Part shown: piece by piece, positions 19,441 to 27,823 of the stretch | Layout: every line of letters begins with the position of its first letter | How positions within the stretch are numbered: the stretch's first letter is position 1 | Source of the DNA: a virus | Taxonomy: Duplodnaviria; Caudoviricetes | IMG/VR virus record: IMGVR_UViG_3300031953_000014 | Coordinates: 1 to 56,131 of that record | DNA: 56,131 nt | Strand: one strand, 5' to 3' | Program-made: the position numbers and the translations under genes | Notes under the pieces: generated by a model | What the model saw: the letters and a program-made list of their open reading frames with translations, nothing else | What the model was told of the DNA's origin: nothing | The model's database searches: none

Positions 19441-20001
19441 GTGAGCCGGTTGCCTACGTTTGAGAATTCGCGTGATGTGCAGGATGACCCTAAGGAGAAG
19501 TTTCAGTGGGTGTTTGTTGCGATCAGGTTGGCGGGGGATACTGAGTTTACGCCTAATCCTGAGGCTCGGGAGTGGATGTCGGAGCATCTAGAAGATTTGG
19601 GGTTTCGGCATGATCCGGCTTTGATGCGTAAGAAGTTGCGGACGCCGCATCGTGGTCAGCAGCATTATTTGAACAACATTTCTGAGTGGGTTGATATTGA
19701 CGAGCCGGATGTTGCGCCGGTGTCTCTTCCGAATATGGAGGAGTTTACGTTGCATGAGCAGGCTTTGGTGGCGGAGCAGTTGCGTTATTCGGGTGTTGTG
19801 AAGCGTGATGCGGGTCCGGTTGTTGATTCGGCGTCGGTTGTTTCTGCGCCTTCGTTTAATCCTTCTGATTTTACGGTGTCGACTGTGAAGGGTTATTTGA
19901 TGGGGGTTGGGGATGGTGAGCGGCGGCGGGTGTTGGCGTTGGAGATGACGGGTAAGAAGCGTCAGGGCATTTTGAATGATGTTAGTTTGCGTGGTTTGTG
20001 A
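19441..20001 (+). CDS. minor tail-associated protein (gene-29/DUF2744-like)
   Basis: DPKEKFQWVF, WMSEHLEDLGFRHDP, PHRGQQHYLN motifs. Confidence 0.75.
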   Translation: MSRLPTFENSRDVQDDPKEKFQWVFVAIRLAGDTEFTPNPEAREWMSEHLEDLGFRHDPALMRKKLRTPHRGQQHYLNNISEWVDIDEPDVAPVSLPNMEEFTLHEQALVAEQLRYSGVVKRDAGPVVDSASVVSAPSFNPSDFTVSTVKGYLMGVGDGERRRVLALEMTGKKRQGILNDVSLRGL

Positions 20002-20186
20002 TGTCGGGGCCGGTGACGTTGTTTCCTTCGGTGATGACTGTTGGGGAATTGGCTGATTTTTTGGCGACTGATGTTGGTGTGGTGATAAGAGTGTTTGCTT
20101 CTCATTCGCGCCTTGGGATGGATGTTGGTTCGTTGGTGTCGCAGGCTGAGGCTATTCGGGTGTCCGATATTTTGGCGGGTAGGTGA
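20001..20186 (+). CDS. small protein resembling IF2 N-terminal domain (HTH-like)
   Basis: PSVMTVGELADFL..VVIRVF..SLVSQAEAIRV pattern; coupled to both neighbours. Confidence 0.6.
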   Translation: MSGPVTLFPSVMTVGELADFLATDVGVVIRVFASHSRLGMDVGSLVSQAEAIRVSDILAGR

Positions 20187-21235
20187 CTACGCCTGGGGGT
20201 AATGCCCCTGATGGTGCGTATGTGATTGGTTCGCGTTACGGGCAAGATGAGAATGAAGCTGGTATCCGCGATAGGATTCGCGGCCCCGCGCTCGGGGGCT
20301 TCCAAGACGCGCAAGCAGCGAACCTCGCCGGCATCCTCCGTGAAATCTTCAACACCGTTAACGATGACTATATAGCGGACCTGCCGATCATTCAGGACCA
20401 CTCCCACACAATCACAGAGTTGGTTGAGGCTGTAAATCAACTGATTCTTCAGGGGCAGTCGATTGTTTTCGATTCCAACAATACTTACTATCCGTCCGCT
20501 GGCATTACTTCGATTGATGTCATTTTGATTGGGGCTGGCGGTGGCGGCGGTGGAAGTTTGTTCACCAATGTGAATGGTTGGATGTCTGGCGGCGGGGGCG
20601 GAGGTGGTGGGGAAGTTCATACAAGCATTCCGTCTTCGCTTCTGCCTAAGACTGCGGGTGCGTTCGATCCGATCAGTATTTTTGTGGGCGCTGGCGGCTA
20701 TGGCGGGCCTGCGGCCGATTCTGGGCAGGGCGGCGGCAATACACGTCTTGCCGAATACTTGTCGGCTGGCGGTGGGGATGGTGGTACGTATTCGTCTTCG
20801 CCTTTGACTGCTCTTGGTGGCGCGGGGATGATCCCTGGCGGTAACGGTTCGGCGGGCGCATATGACCGTGGAGACACGGTAAAGATTCCGTCTACGTTGG
20901 CTGGTAATTCGGTGTCTGCGTATGACTTGCATGGCGGCGGGGGCGGTGGGGGTGCTGGTTCGACTACGGCTCTCGCTGGTCGCCCTGGCGGTATTGGTGG
21001 CATTTCTGCTGGCGGAAATTTGGGTACGCCTGGAGGTCCGGGGTTGGCCCCTAATGCGATTATCGCGGCGGGTGGTGGCGGCGGTGGAGGCGGCGGCGCT
21101 TCATCTAATGGGCATGGTGGCGCTGGGGGTTTCCCTGGCGGTGGCGGCGGTGGCGCTGGCGTTCCTTCCGGTACGGGCGGTCATGGTGGCGCTGGAGGCA
21201 ATGGCCGATTGTGGATCATTGAGAGGTTCGCCTGA
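20183..21235 (+). CDS. glycine-rich minor tail protein
   Basis: MTTPGGNAPDGAYVIGSRYGQD; IDVILIGAGGGG; poly-Gly tracts. Confidence 0.82.
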   Translation: MTTPGGNAPDGAYVIGSRYGQDENEAGIRDRIRGPALGGFQDAQAANLAGILREIFNTVNDDYIADLPIIQDHSHTITELVEAVNQLILQGQSIVFDSNNTYYPSAGITSIDVILIGAGGGGGGSLFTNVNGWMSGGGGGGGGEVHTSIPSSLLPKTAGAFDPISIFVGAGGYGGPAADSGQGGGNTRLAEYLSAGGGDGGTYSSSPLTALGGAGMIPGGNGSAGAYDRGDTVKIPSTLAGNSVSAYDLHGGGGGGGAGSTTALAGRPGGIGGISAGGNLGTPGGPGLAPNAIIAAGGGGGGGGGASSNGHGGAGGFPGGGGGGAGVPSGTGGHGGAGGNGRLWIIERFA

Positions 21236-21822
21236 TGGCAAACCTTTTGGTGGTCAATGTGTTTACTGCTAACGGTACGTGGTTCAAACCTGAGGGCTTG
21301 ATGTCTGTGGATGTGATTGCTCGCGGGTCTGGTGCTAACGGAATTTCTCCGTATGGCGGTACTGGTGGCGATGTTGTGGTCACGCCGCGCCGCATTGTTG
21401 GTTCGGATTTGCCGGCGTCGGTTTCTGTGATTGTCGGGTCTGCTGGCGCGGGGTCGACATTCGGGGATGTTTTGACTGTGGCTGGCGGCTCGGATTCGTT
21501 GGGTGTCGGCGTTTTGGCTGGCGGTGTGGGCGGCGCCCCTGGTGCTGATGGTGCTAGTACGTCTGGTTCTGTGGTGCGTCTGCTCGCTGGCGGCGGTGGA
21601 GGCGGCGGGACTGGTGGCGGGGGTGGCGGTTCAGGTTTGGTTCCTGGTGTCGCTACTGGTGTGCCGGGTGTCGGTTCCCCGGTTTTCTGGGAGGTTTGCC
21701 AGTCGGGGTCTGGTGGTGGCGCTGGCAAGGCTGGCGGGTTTCCGTCTGGTGGCGGTGGCGCTGGGGCTGCGGGTGCGGCTGGATGCGTGACGATTCTTGA
21801 ACATATTTTCATTCCCGATTAG
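21235..21822 (+). CDS. glycine-rich minor tail protein
   Basis: VFTANGTWFKPEG; Gly-rich. Confidence 0.78.
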   Translation: MANLLVVNVFTANGTWFKPEGLMSVDVIARGSGANGISPYGGTGGDVVVTPRRIVGSDLPASVSVIVGSAGAGSTFGDVLTVAGGSDSLGVGVLAGGVGGAPGADGASTSGSVVRLLAGGGGGGGTGGGGGGSGLVPGVATGVPGVGSPVFWEVCQSGSGGGAGKAGGFPSGGGGAGAAGAAGCVTILEHIFIPD

Positions 21823-21835
21823 GAGTACACAGGTA

Positions 21836-22177
21836 ATGGCGTTGACTGCAACATTGTTGAAAGAAAATTGGGGCGGGTTTGCTGGCGATCATCGTTTGTA
21901 TGAGTTGTCGGTTCCGTTGGTTGATCCGGCTCGTGGTAGTTCGCATTCGTTTGTGGTTGTTTTTGCGGTGAATGTTACGGGTTTGCCTGAGACGTTGATT
22001 GTGCCTGCGAATGTTGATGGTGTGGCGTTTGTTATGAATCGGTTGCCTGGTTCGGTGGTTGGTGTTGAGGATCATGCGGGGGCGTTGTGGGCTGCTGGCG
22101 GGTTTGCGCATGGTGAACCGTATGTGGTGGTTGCTGCCCCCGTCAATGATGCGCCTGTAGAAATGGTTAAAGAATGA
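21836..22177 (+). CDS. hypothetical tail-region protein
   Basis: AGGAG SD; 113-aa ORF. Confidence 0.65.
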   Translation: MALTATLLKENWGGFAGDHRLYELSVPLVDPARGSSHSFVVVFAVNVTGLPETLIVPANVDGVAFVMNRLPGSVVGVEDHAGALWAAGGFAHGEPYVVVAAPVNDAPVEMVKE

Positions 22178-22371
22178 TTCGGTCGATTGATGAGGAATGG
22201 CAGTTCAGTGCATATCCGACTGTGACTGAGGTCGCCGAGATTTGCGGCGTTACGCCAGAGTTTGTGTCTGCGATTTATGCGCAGCATTCCCGATATAGCT
22301 TGCATGCGGATCAGACGTTGGATCGGGGTGCGGCTATCCGTATTGCACAGTTGATTGACGAGGTGGCCTAA
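22174..22371 (+). CDS. small protein resembling IF2 N-terminal domain; paralog of 20001-20186
   Basis: PTVTEVAEICGVTPE..HSR..QTLDRGAAIRIA. Confidence 0.6.
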   Translation: MIRSIDEEWQFSAYPTVTEVAEICGVTPEFVSAIYAQHSRYSLHADQTLDRGAAIRIAQLIDEVA

Positions 22372-22395
22372 TGTCTTTCCGCACAGCCTATACGC

Positions 22396-23148
22396 TCACT
22401 TAGATGCTCGATAACGCGCCCGCGCCTTTTCGAGGTTGCAGGTCTTGCATTCCCTGCCTCCACGCTTTCGGCATTTTGTGTTTACTTCCGTGTATTCATG
22501 CCCACTAGGGCAGTGCGTTCTGTCTTTCGGTGCCAATAGTAGGTCAGCGCCTCGGCGCGCAGCGAGTCTCGCTGACTCACGATCTCTATGGCATGTACGG
22601 CAACGCCTGCTCGTACCCCCGCCTGGCCTGCGAGTAGTTGCAGTGTTCTCCTCTGAATACTCGTGGCCTTGAGGGCAATGAGTACGCTTCGATGTTGGAG
22701 CTTGGACATCACCGCCATTCCCGTTCGCATAGCGCATCCTTCTGCAAGCAAGGCATGATCTTACATTTTTATCCGCTTGTTGCGTGTTCTCTAGAGTGAA
22801 CTCGTGGCCGCGTTTGCAGTGAGTTTTCATGGCTTGGAAGTGCGTTCCATGAGTGATCGAGTCGTAGGAGTTTTCACTCTTCGTTCCATATACGAGATTC
22901 CCTACTCTGTTATCGGATGGAACTCCGTTGATGTGCCGAACTTCATGGCCGTCCGGGTAGGGGCCGATGAAAGATGTAGCGACTAGAGAATGAACTGTCC
23001 GACTTCTACCACTAAGGAACACGCGAACATGCCCCGACTTCAGTAATGAAGCCTTCGGGTACTTGCCGGTAATTAGGCTTCTAACTTGCCCATCGTCAGA
23101 CACCTCGAAATGATCGGGTAAGTCGATAACTGGTTTCCAGTTGCTCAT
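22396..23148 (-). CDS. NUMOD4/HNH homing endonuclease with three Zn-finger-like repeats
   Basis: WKPV..FEVSDDGQVRS; VHSLVA..F; RHINGVPSDNRVGNL; THCxxGHE[FY]..CxxC x3. Confidence 0.88.
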   Translation of the reverse strand: MSNWKPVIDLPDHFEVSDDGQVRSLITGKYPKASLLKSGHVRVFLSGRSRTVHSLVATSFIGPYPDGHEVRHINGVPSDNRVGNLVYGTKSENSYDSITHGTHFQAMKTHCKRGHEFTLENTQQADKNVRSCLACRRMRYANGNGGDVQAPTSKRTHCPQGHEYSEENTATTRRPGGGTSRRCRTCHRDRESARLAARRGADLLLAPKDRTHCPSGHEYTEVNTKCRKRGGRECKTCNLEKARARYRASK

Positions 23149-23176
23149 TGAAAACTCCCATCAAGAAGGGGCCGAT

Positions 23177-23731
23177 ATGGCTTTGATTACAGAAAATGGA
23201 TGGAGCCAATGCGGCTCTCGTGACATTGTTAAACCTGTTGTGCCTGGAACTTCCAACGTCCGCCCTGAGGTGCGAGGTGGAGTGGCAGCGACTATTCTGA
23301 TTGCGTGGTGTTCATGGTGGCATCAGAATGTAAGGCCCATTGATGTCTACAAGCCCCGAGATTACTGGGGGTGGTCGGCCACTAATGAAGTTTGGAATTC
23401 GAATCACCTTTCGGGTACTGCCGTTGACTTATGCGCGACGGAGCTTCCGTGGAAGCGTGAAGTTATGCCTCAGTGGCAGATTGATGCAGTCCAGCGTGGA
23501 TTGGCACTGTTTGACTATACCATATTCTGGGGTGGAAATTGGGCGCGGGGCAATAAAGATCAGATGCACTCCCAATTGGCTTTCGCTGAGGGCGATCACC
23601 GCAACGGTGCATTCGCGGCAAAACTGGATGCTGGATACCTTGGCATCTACGGCCCTGCGCCATCGCCGGTGCCGGATACACATGCAATCTGGGACGACAT
23701 CTTTAATCAGTTGACTGGTGGTGTCAAATGA
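23177..23731 (+). CDS. lysin A, M15-type peptidase module
   Basis: TENGW, SNHLSGTAVD, DQMH motifs. Confidence 0.85.
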   Translation: MALITENGWSQCGSRDIVKPVVPGTSNVRPEVRGGVAATILIAWCSWWHQNVRPIDVYKPRDYWGWSATNEVWNSNHLSGTAVDLCATELPWKREVMPQWQIDAVQRGLALFDYTIFWGGNWARGNKDQMHSQLAFAEGDHRNGAFAAKLDAGYLGIYGPAPSPVPDTHAIWDDIFNQLTGGVK

Positions 23732-24618
23732 TTTTCTGGGCTGACGTTTCCCAATACCAGGGCAAACCTATTGACGATTCTTACCCGCACCGAGTGTTCT
23801 CGTTCCGCACAAACAGTGGCGACAAGCGAGACACGCTGGCGATAGATAATGCGCGCAAAGCCAAAGCAATGCTCGACGCCGGCAAGCTTGACATTGTCAT
23901 ACCGTACTACTTCTTTTGGCCTGGCCAAGCGAACTGTGACCTACACAAGGCGATTCTTGAAGAGGCTGGACTGTGGGGGCATCCGAAGACGGTGTCGATG
24001 GTTGATGTCGAGGGTGCGCCACTGAATGGCGTGAAGCGTGTACGCGGTGACCAGTCGGCGGAAGTCAATGACGAGGTTGAGCGTTTGCGTGGCTGGTATG
24101 GCAATCCGAAGCGGGTTATCGGCTACTGGAATCCGAAAGCGGACCCGGAACTGTGGGCGTCGCGCCCGAACGATCTGTCGCTTGTCATCCCGCATTACAA
24201 CGGTACCGCTGGCGTCTCGTATGACTTTGCGGGCCGGTTTGCTCATCAGTATGGCGACAGGGTGCCGTGTCCCCCGTTCGGTGTCTGTGACGGCAATTTC
24301 ACTTCACTCGATATTTCGGCGCTCTCGGAGTTGCTGGGAATCACTATTGCAGGAGGAACTGTGGCTACAGCGGAGGATGTGCAACATCAGTTGCGTGGAC
24401 CTGAGTTGAATGGTTGGGCGCAATTGGGTCAGAAGTCGGTGGTGGATGGTCTCGCGGATGTGCGCGATGTGCTCACTAAAAGTCGGGCGTCACTCATTGA
24501 CCCCACAAAATCATTCGATCTGATGTCTTACATTGTGCTACTGGATGCGTGTACTTACCGTATCGCGGAGGCTGTGGAGCGGATCGAAAAGCTCGTTACC
24601 CCTAAGGATGGTAAATGA
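23728..24618 (+). CDS. lysin A, glycoside hydrolase (GH25-like) module
   Basis: WADVSQYQ, MVDVEG, FAHQY..CPPFGVCDGN, QLRGPELNGWAQLG. Confidence 0.82.
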   Translation: MIFWADVSQYQGKPIDDSYPHRVFSFRTNSGDKRDTLAIDNARKAKAMLDAGKLDIVIPYYFFWPGQANCDLHKAILEEAGLWGHPKTVSMVDVEGAPLNGVKRVRGDQSAEVNDEVERLRGWYGNPKRVIGYWNPKADPELWASRPNDLSLVIPHYNGTAGVSYDFAGRFAHQYGDRVPCPPFGVCDGNFTSLDISALSELLGITIAGGTVATAEDVQHQLRGPELNGWAQLGQKSVVDGLADVRDVLTKSRASLIDPTKSFDLMSYIVLLDACTYRIAEAVERIEKLVTPKDGK

Positions 24619-24980
24619 TGTCTAAGTTCGCTTCGCTTTATCCTCAGATTCGTGTCGCTGTGTATGGCCTTATTGCGGCTGGTTTGGCTGCGGCAGGCAT
24701 TTTCGGTGTTGTGACGGAAGATCAGACCGCGCAAGCATTGACGGCTGTAACGTCTATCCTGGGTACGTTGGGGCTACTACTGGCTGCGTCGAATGTGAAG
24801 ACTTCCGCACCTACTGTTGATGCGCCCGCTATCGCCGATGCTGTCACAGCCCGCATTAACGGCACTGTAGACACAATTGCTGCCACCGTAGAGACCTCTG
24901 TCGCAGACTTTAGGGCACAAGCGGAGAAAGCCTTAGGTGACGCCCTAAACTCTGCCACAGGAAAGCACAGGGGCGAGTAA
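24615..24980 (+). CDS. holin
   Basis: two N-terminal TM helices, follows lysins. Confidence 0.72.
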   Translation: MMSKFASLYPQIRVAVYGLIAAGLAAAGIFGVVTEDQTAQALTAVTSILGTLGLLLAASNVKTSAPTVDAPAIADAVTARINGTVDTIAATVETSVADFRAQAEKALGDALNSATGKHRGE

Positions 24981-25393
24981 TGCGTAGGCTTCCAGTCGAC
25001 CCCGCGTTGGCGCAGGAAGTAGTCGACCAAACCGCCCGCATCTACGCGACATTCGCGATAGCAGTAGGCGTCACCACCATCATCGGTGGCACCAGACGGT
25101 GGTCGGCTGAAGCCTACGACACAGCGATACAAGCACCAGGCGCGCCCGCATCATGGGGCGTCATCATCCTCACATTCGGTGCACTCATGCTATGGGCAGC
25201 CGTGTACGGGAAACGCCGCACACTCCGAGTCGCCGCACTCGGATGCGCATCATGGTGCATGTTCTTCGGCGTCACATTCGCCATCGAATACTTCACAAAC
25301 CCAGGCGTCGGACTATTAGGCACCATCATTTGGGGAACATTCGCAGTCCTATACCTCATGCGATTTCAACTGCATAGAAGGAAGTACGCATGA
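24980..25393 (+). CDS. membrane protein (about 4 TM)
   Basis: hydrophobic helices; lysis cassette. Confidence 0.7.
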   Translation: MRRLPVDPALAQEVVDQTARIYATFAIAVGVTTIIGGTRRWSAEAYDTAIQAPGAPASWGVIILTFGALMLWAAVYGKRRTLRVAALGCASWCMFFGVTFAIEYFTNPGVGLLGTIIWGTFAVLYLMRFQLHRRKYA

Positions 25394-25830
25394 TCCCAAC
25401 TCATAGGGACGCAAGGCATCCTTTCGAAGTGGTTTTAGTGCCAGTGTCTGGTATTGCCGCGCTAATGCAATTGTTATCAGGCAAGGCTCCATCCAATATC
25501 GCGGCCACAGTGTCGCCGGCGGTACAAATCATTTGGTCACTGTTAGTGCTTGCTGGCGCGGTTGCGGCTACTGCGGGGATTGCGTGGCGCGATGAGGCTA
25601 CCGGATTGTATTTGGAGATCGCCGGATTGTTCGGTATCGCTTTCGGGATGATGGCGTACGCGGCATCTGCGGTCATTGTGTCCCCTAATCCTTTCTCATC
25701 GTTTGCGGCACCGTTTTGTCTCGCTTTCGCTGGGGCATGCTTTTGGCGTGCGTGGCGGTGCATTCGAGTAATCCACAAGGCTATCTATCGGGCCAACAAA
25801 ATTCAAAGAGTGGGGAGCGGTGATTCATGA
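25390..25830 (+). CDS. membrane protein (about 4 TM)
   Basis: hydrophobic helices; lysis cassette. Confidence 0.7.
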   Translation: MIPTHRDARHPFEVVLVPVSGIAALMQLLSGKAPSNIAATVSPAVQIIWSLLVLAGAVAATAGIAWRDEATGLYLEIAGLFGIAFGMMAYAASAVIVSPNPFSSFAAPFCLAFAGACFWRAWRCIRVIHKAIYRANKIQRVGSGDS

Positions 25831-26141
25831 ACGCAGACCTAGCGGTCGCTGTACTGACATCTGCTGGTGTTTGCGCCATTGTTTCAGCGTTGATTGGTGG
25901 CCTTTTTTCGCGCCGCAAAATGTCTGCCGAGGCGACCTCTATCATTACTACAGCAGCGGGAAGTTTGGTGGGGCAGGTGCAGGCCGATAATGCGGAACTC
26001 CGCACCGAGAATAAAGAGTTGAAGGTTGAGGTTGCGCAGCTTCGTTCTGAGGTTGCGGGGTTGAAGCGGCAGTTGGATGAGATTCAGCGTGATACTCGTG
26101 CTACCCGTTCGGCTGTGGAGTCTACAGGGGAGGCGTCGTGA
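25827..26141 (+). CDS. TM plus coiled-coil lysis-associated protein
   Basis: N-terminal TM, heptad-like C-terminus. Confidence 0.65.
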   Translation: MNADLAVAVLTSAGVCAIVSALIGGLFSRRKMSAEATSIITTAAGSLVGQVQADNAELRTENKELKVEVAQLRSEVAGLKRQLDEIQRDTRATRSAVESTGEAS

Positions 26142-26473
26142 GTGGCTTTTCACCGATCAAAGAGGACATTGTGTTGACGCGGGACGCTGATTTTGTGCAC
26201 CGCTATCAGGTGTCGGATCAATTGTTTCCGGCTGGTACTAGTGCGGAGATTGTGATTACGAAGAATGATCGCGATAATTCGCCGGTTATTGCGACGTGGA
26301 CTTCGGAAACGGTGACTCCTGAGTTTATCGAGTTTTGGGTGCAGCAGTCGGACACTAATCTGATTGCTGCTCGGAGTCATTACAGGTTGATGGTTCATTA
26401 TCCGCCGGTTGCTCCGTCGACTGATGTGCAAGATTTCTGCTGGTTTCGCGGCAATATCAAGAGGGAGCAATAA
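26138..26473 (+). CDS. minor tail/baseplate protein (LtfC-like beta-sandwich)
   Basis: IVLTRDADFVH..FPAGT..CWFRG. Confidence 0.62.
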   Translation: MSGFSPIKEDIVLTRDADFVHRYQVSDQLFPAGTSAEIVITKNDRDNSPVIATWTSETVTPEFIEFWVQQSDTNLIAARSHYRLMVHYPPVAPSTDVQDFCWFRGNIKREQ

Positions 26474-26826
26474 TGGCGAACAAGTTTACTGATTCGGTGC
26501 GGGAGACTGCCGCGTTGGCGGTTACTGCTATGGGTGGTTTGATTAGTTTGCATACGGCTGATCCTGGGGTGACTGGGGCGTCGGAGGTTGCTGGTGGCGC
26601 GTATGCGCGTCTGACTACGACGTGGGCGGGCGGTGCGGTCGATGGGGTAGTTCAGGGTAGTCAGGTCGAGTTTGATGCTCCTGCGAGCGCGACGACGGTT
26701 ACGCATATTGGTTGCCGTAGTGCTGGCGGAACGTTCTTGTGGTCGTCCTCGATTACGTCTACGACGTTGCCGGCGTCATCGAAGTTTCGGGTGACTCCTA
26801 GCTTCTCGGTTCCGCAAGGTTCGTAG
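26473..26826 (+). CDS. minor tail protein
   Basis: ISLHTADPG.TGASEVAGGAYAR motif. Confidence 0.75.
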   Translation: MANKFTDSVRETAALAVTAMGGLISLHTADPGVTGASEVAGGAYARLTTTWAGGAVDGVVQGSQVEFDAPASATTVTHIGCRSAGGTFLWSSSITSTTLPASSKFRVTPSFSVPQGS

Positions 26827-27770
26827 TGGGTACGTCTACGGGCAGGCGTCCGTGGCGGACTGTGTCGGTGGGTGTGCCGGGGTCGGTGCCGTTTCCTCAG
26901 GTGTCGCGTCCCAAGATTTTCCCTGATGTGGGTATGGGAATGTTGGCGGGGGCGGCAGTTCAGCTTGTGGCGAGAGTGTCTGCGCCTGTTTTGATGCCGT
27001 TGAAGGTGTCGTCTTTGTTGGATACTACGGGCGGCTATTTCAGTATGGATGCTCAGGCTGAGATGTCGGTGGGTGTTGTGGTGGATACTTTGGTGTCTGC
27101 TGCTGCTGACGCGAATGTATCGATGTCGATGAATGTTACGGCGTCAACAGTTATCGGGCCAGCGAACTACACCGACAACTTCAACCGTGCAGACGGCCCA
27201 CTCAGCAACGGGTGGATAACCAAAATGAACACTGGCACAACAGGCAATGCCATCACTAACAACACGGCAATGTCCGCTGTACCGTCCGCAACATCAGGCG
27301 CTAACGCCACCAACCAGACGGTAAGCATTTACCCGGCACCTGCTACTACGGATAGTATGCGTGCGTTCGCTACGTCTGTGACTGCCCCCCCTGCTGGATA
27401 TTATGCGGGCATAGTCGCACGCGCAGACATTGGCATGAACAATTACATGGTTGCACTGGCGGCAGGGTCCGCCGAAACGGCAGGCATGTACACCGTCATA
27501 AACAATACGTTCACGAAGCGGGCATCGTTCGCTGCAAACGTGTTCGCGGCAGGCGACATTATTATTATGCAATGCGTCGGCAGTGTCTACAAGGTGATCC
27601 GGTCTCGCGCGGGCACTGAATCTGAGATTGCGTCGTGGACGGACTCGGGGAACATTCAACCTCGCGGCGCAAACTATCGTTACGGCGGAATCTATACGGT
27701 CGCAATTCGCAGTGCATTCAAAACCGAATACGGTCAAGCTCTCGACAATTTCGGGTTGAAAGACATTTGA
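26826..27770 (+). CDS. minor tail protein with lectin-like C-terminus
   Basis: YTDNFNRADGPLSNGW, GANYRYGG motifs. Confidence 0.72.
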   Translation: MGTSTGRRPWRTVSVGVPGSVPFPQVSRPKIFPDVGMGMLAGAAVQLVARVSAPVLMPLKVSSLLDTTGGYFSMDAQAEMSVGVVVDTLVSAAADANVSMSMNVTASTVIGPANYTDNFNRADGPLSNGWITKMNTGTTGNAITNNTAMSAVPSATSGANATNQTVSIYPAPATTDSMRAFATSVTAPPAGYYAGIVARADIGMNNYMVALAAGSAETAGMYTVINNTFTKRASFAANVFAAGDIIIMQCVGSVYKVIRSRAGTESEIASWTDSGNIQPRGANYRYGGIYTVAIRSAFKTEYGQALDNFGLKDI

Positions 27771-27823
27771 TAGTCATCGGGCAGGACTCCTGCCACACTA
27801 CTTTCTGATTGGGGTTCTGCCTT

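Noticed and set aside
20520-21790. GGC/GGT microsatellite-like runs
   Set aside because: Poly-glycine coding in minor tail proteins
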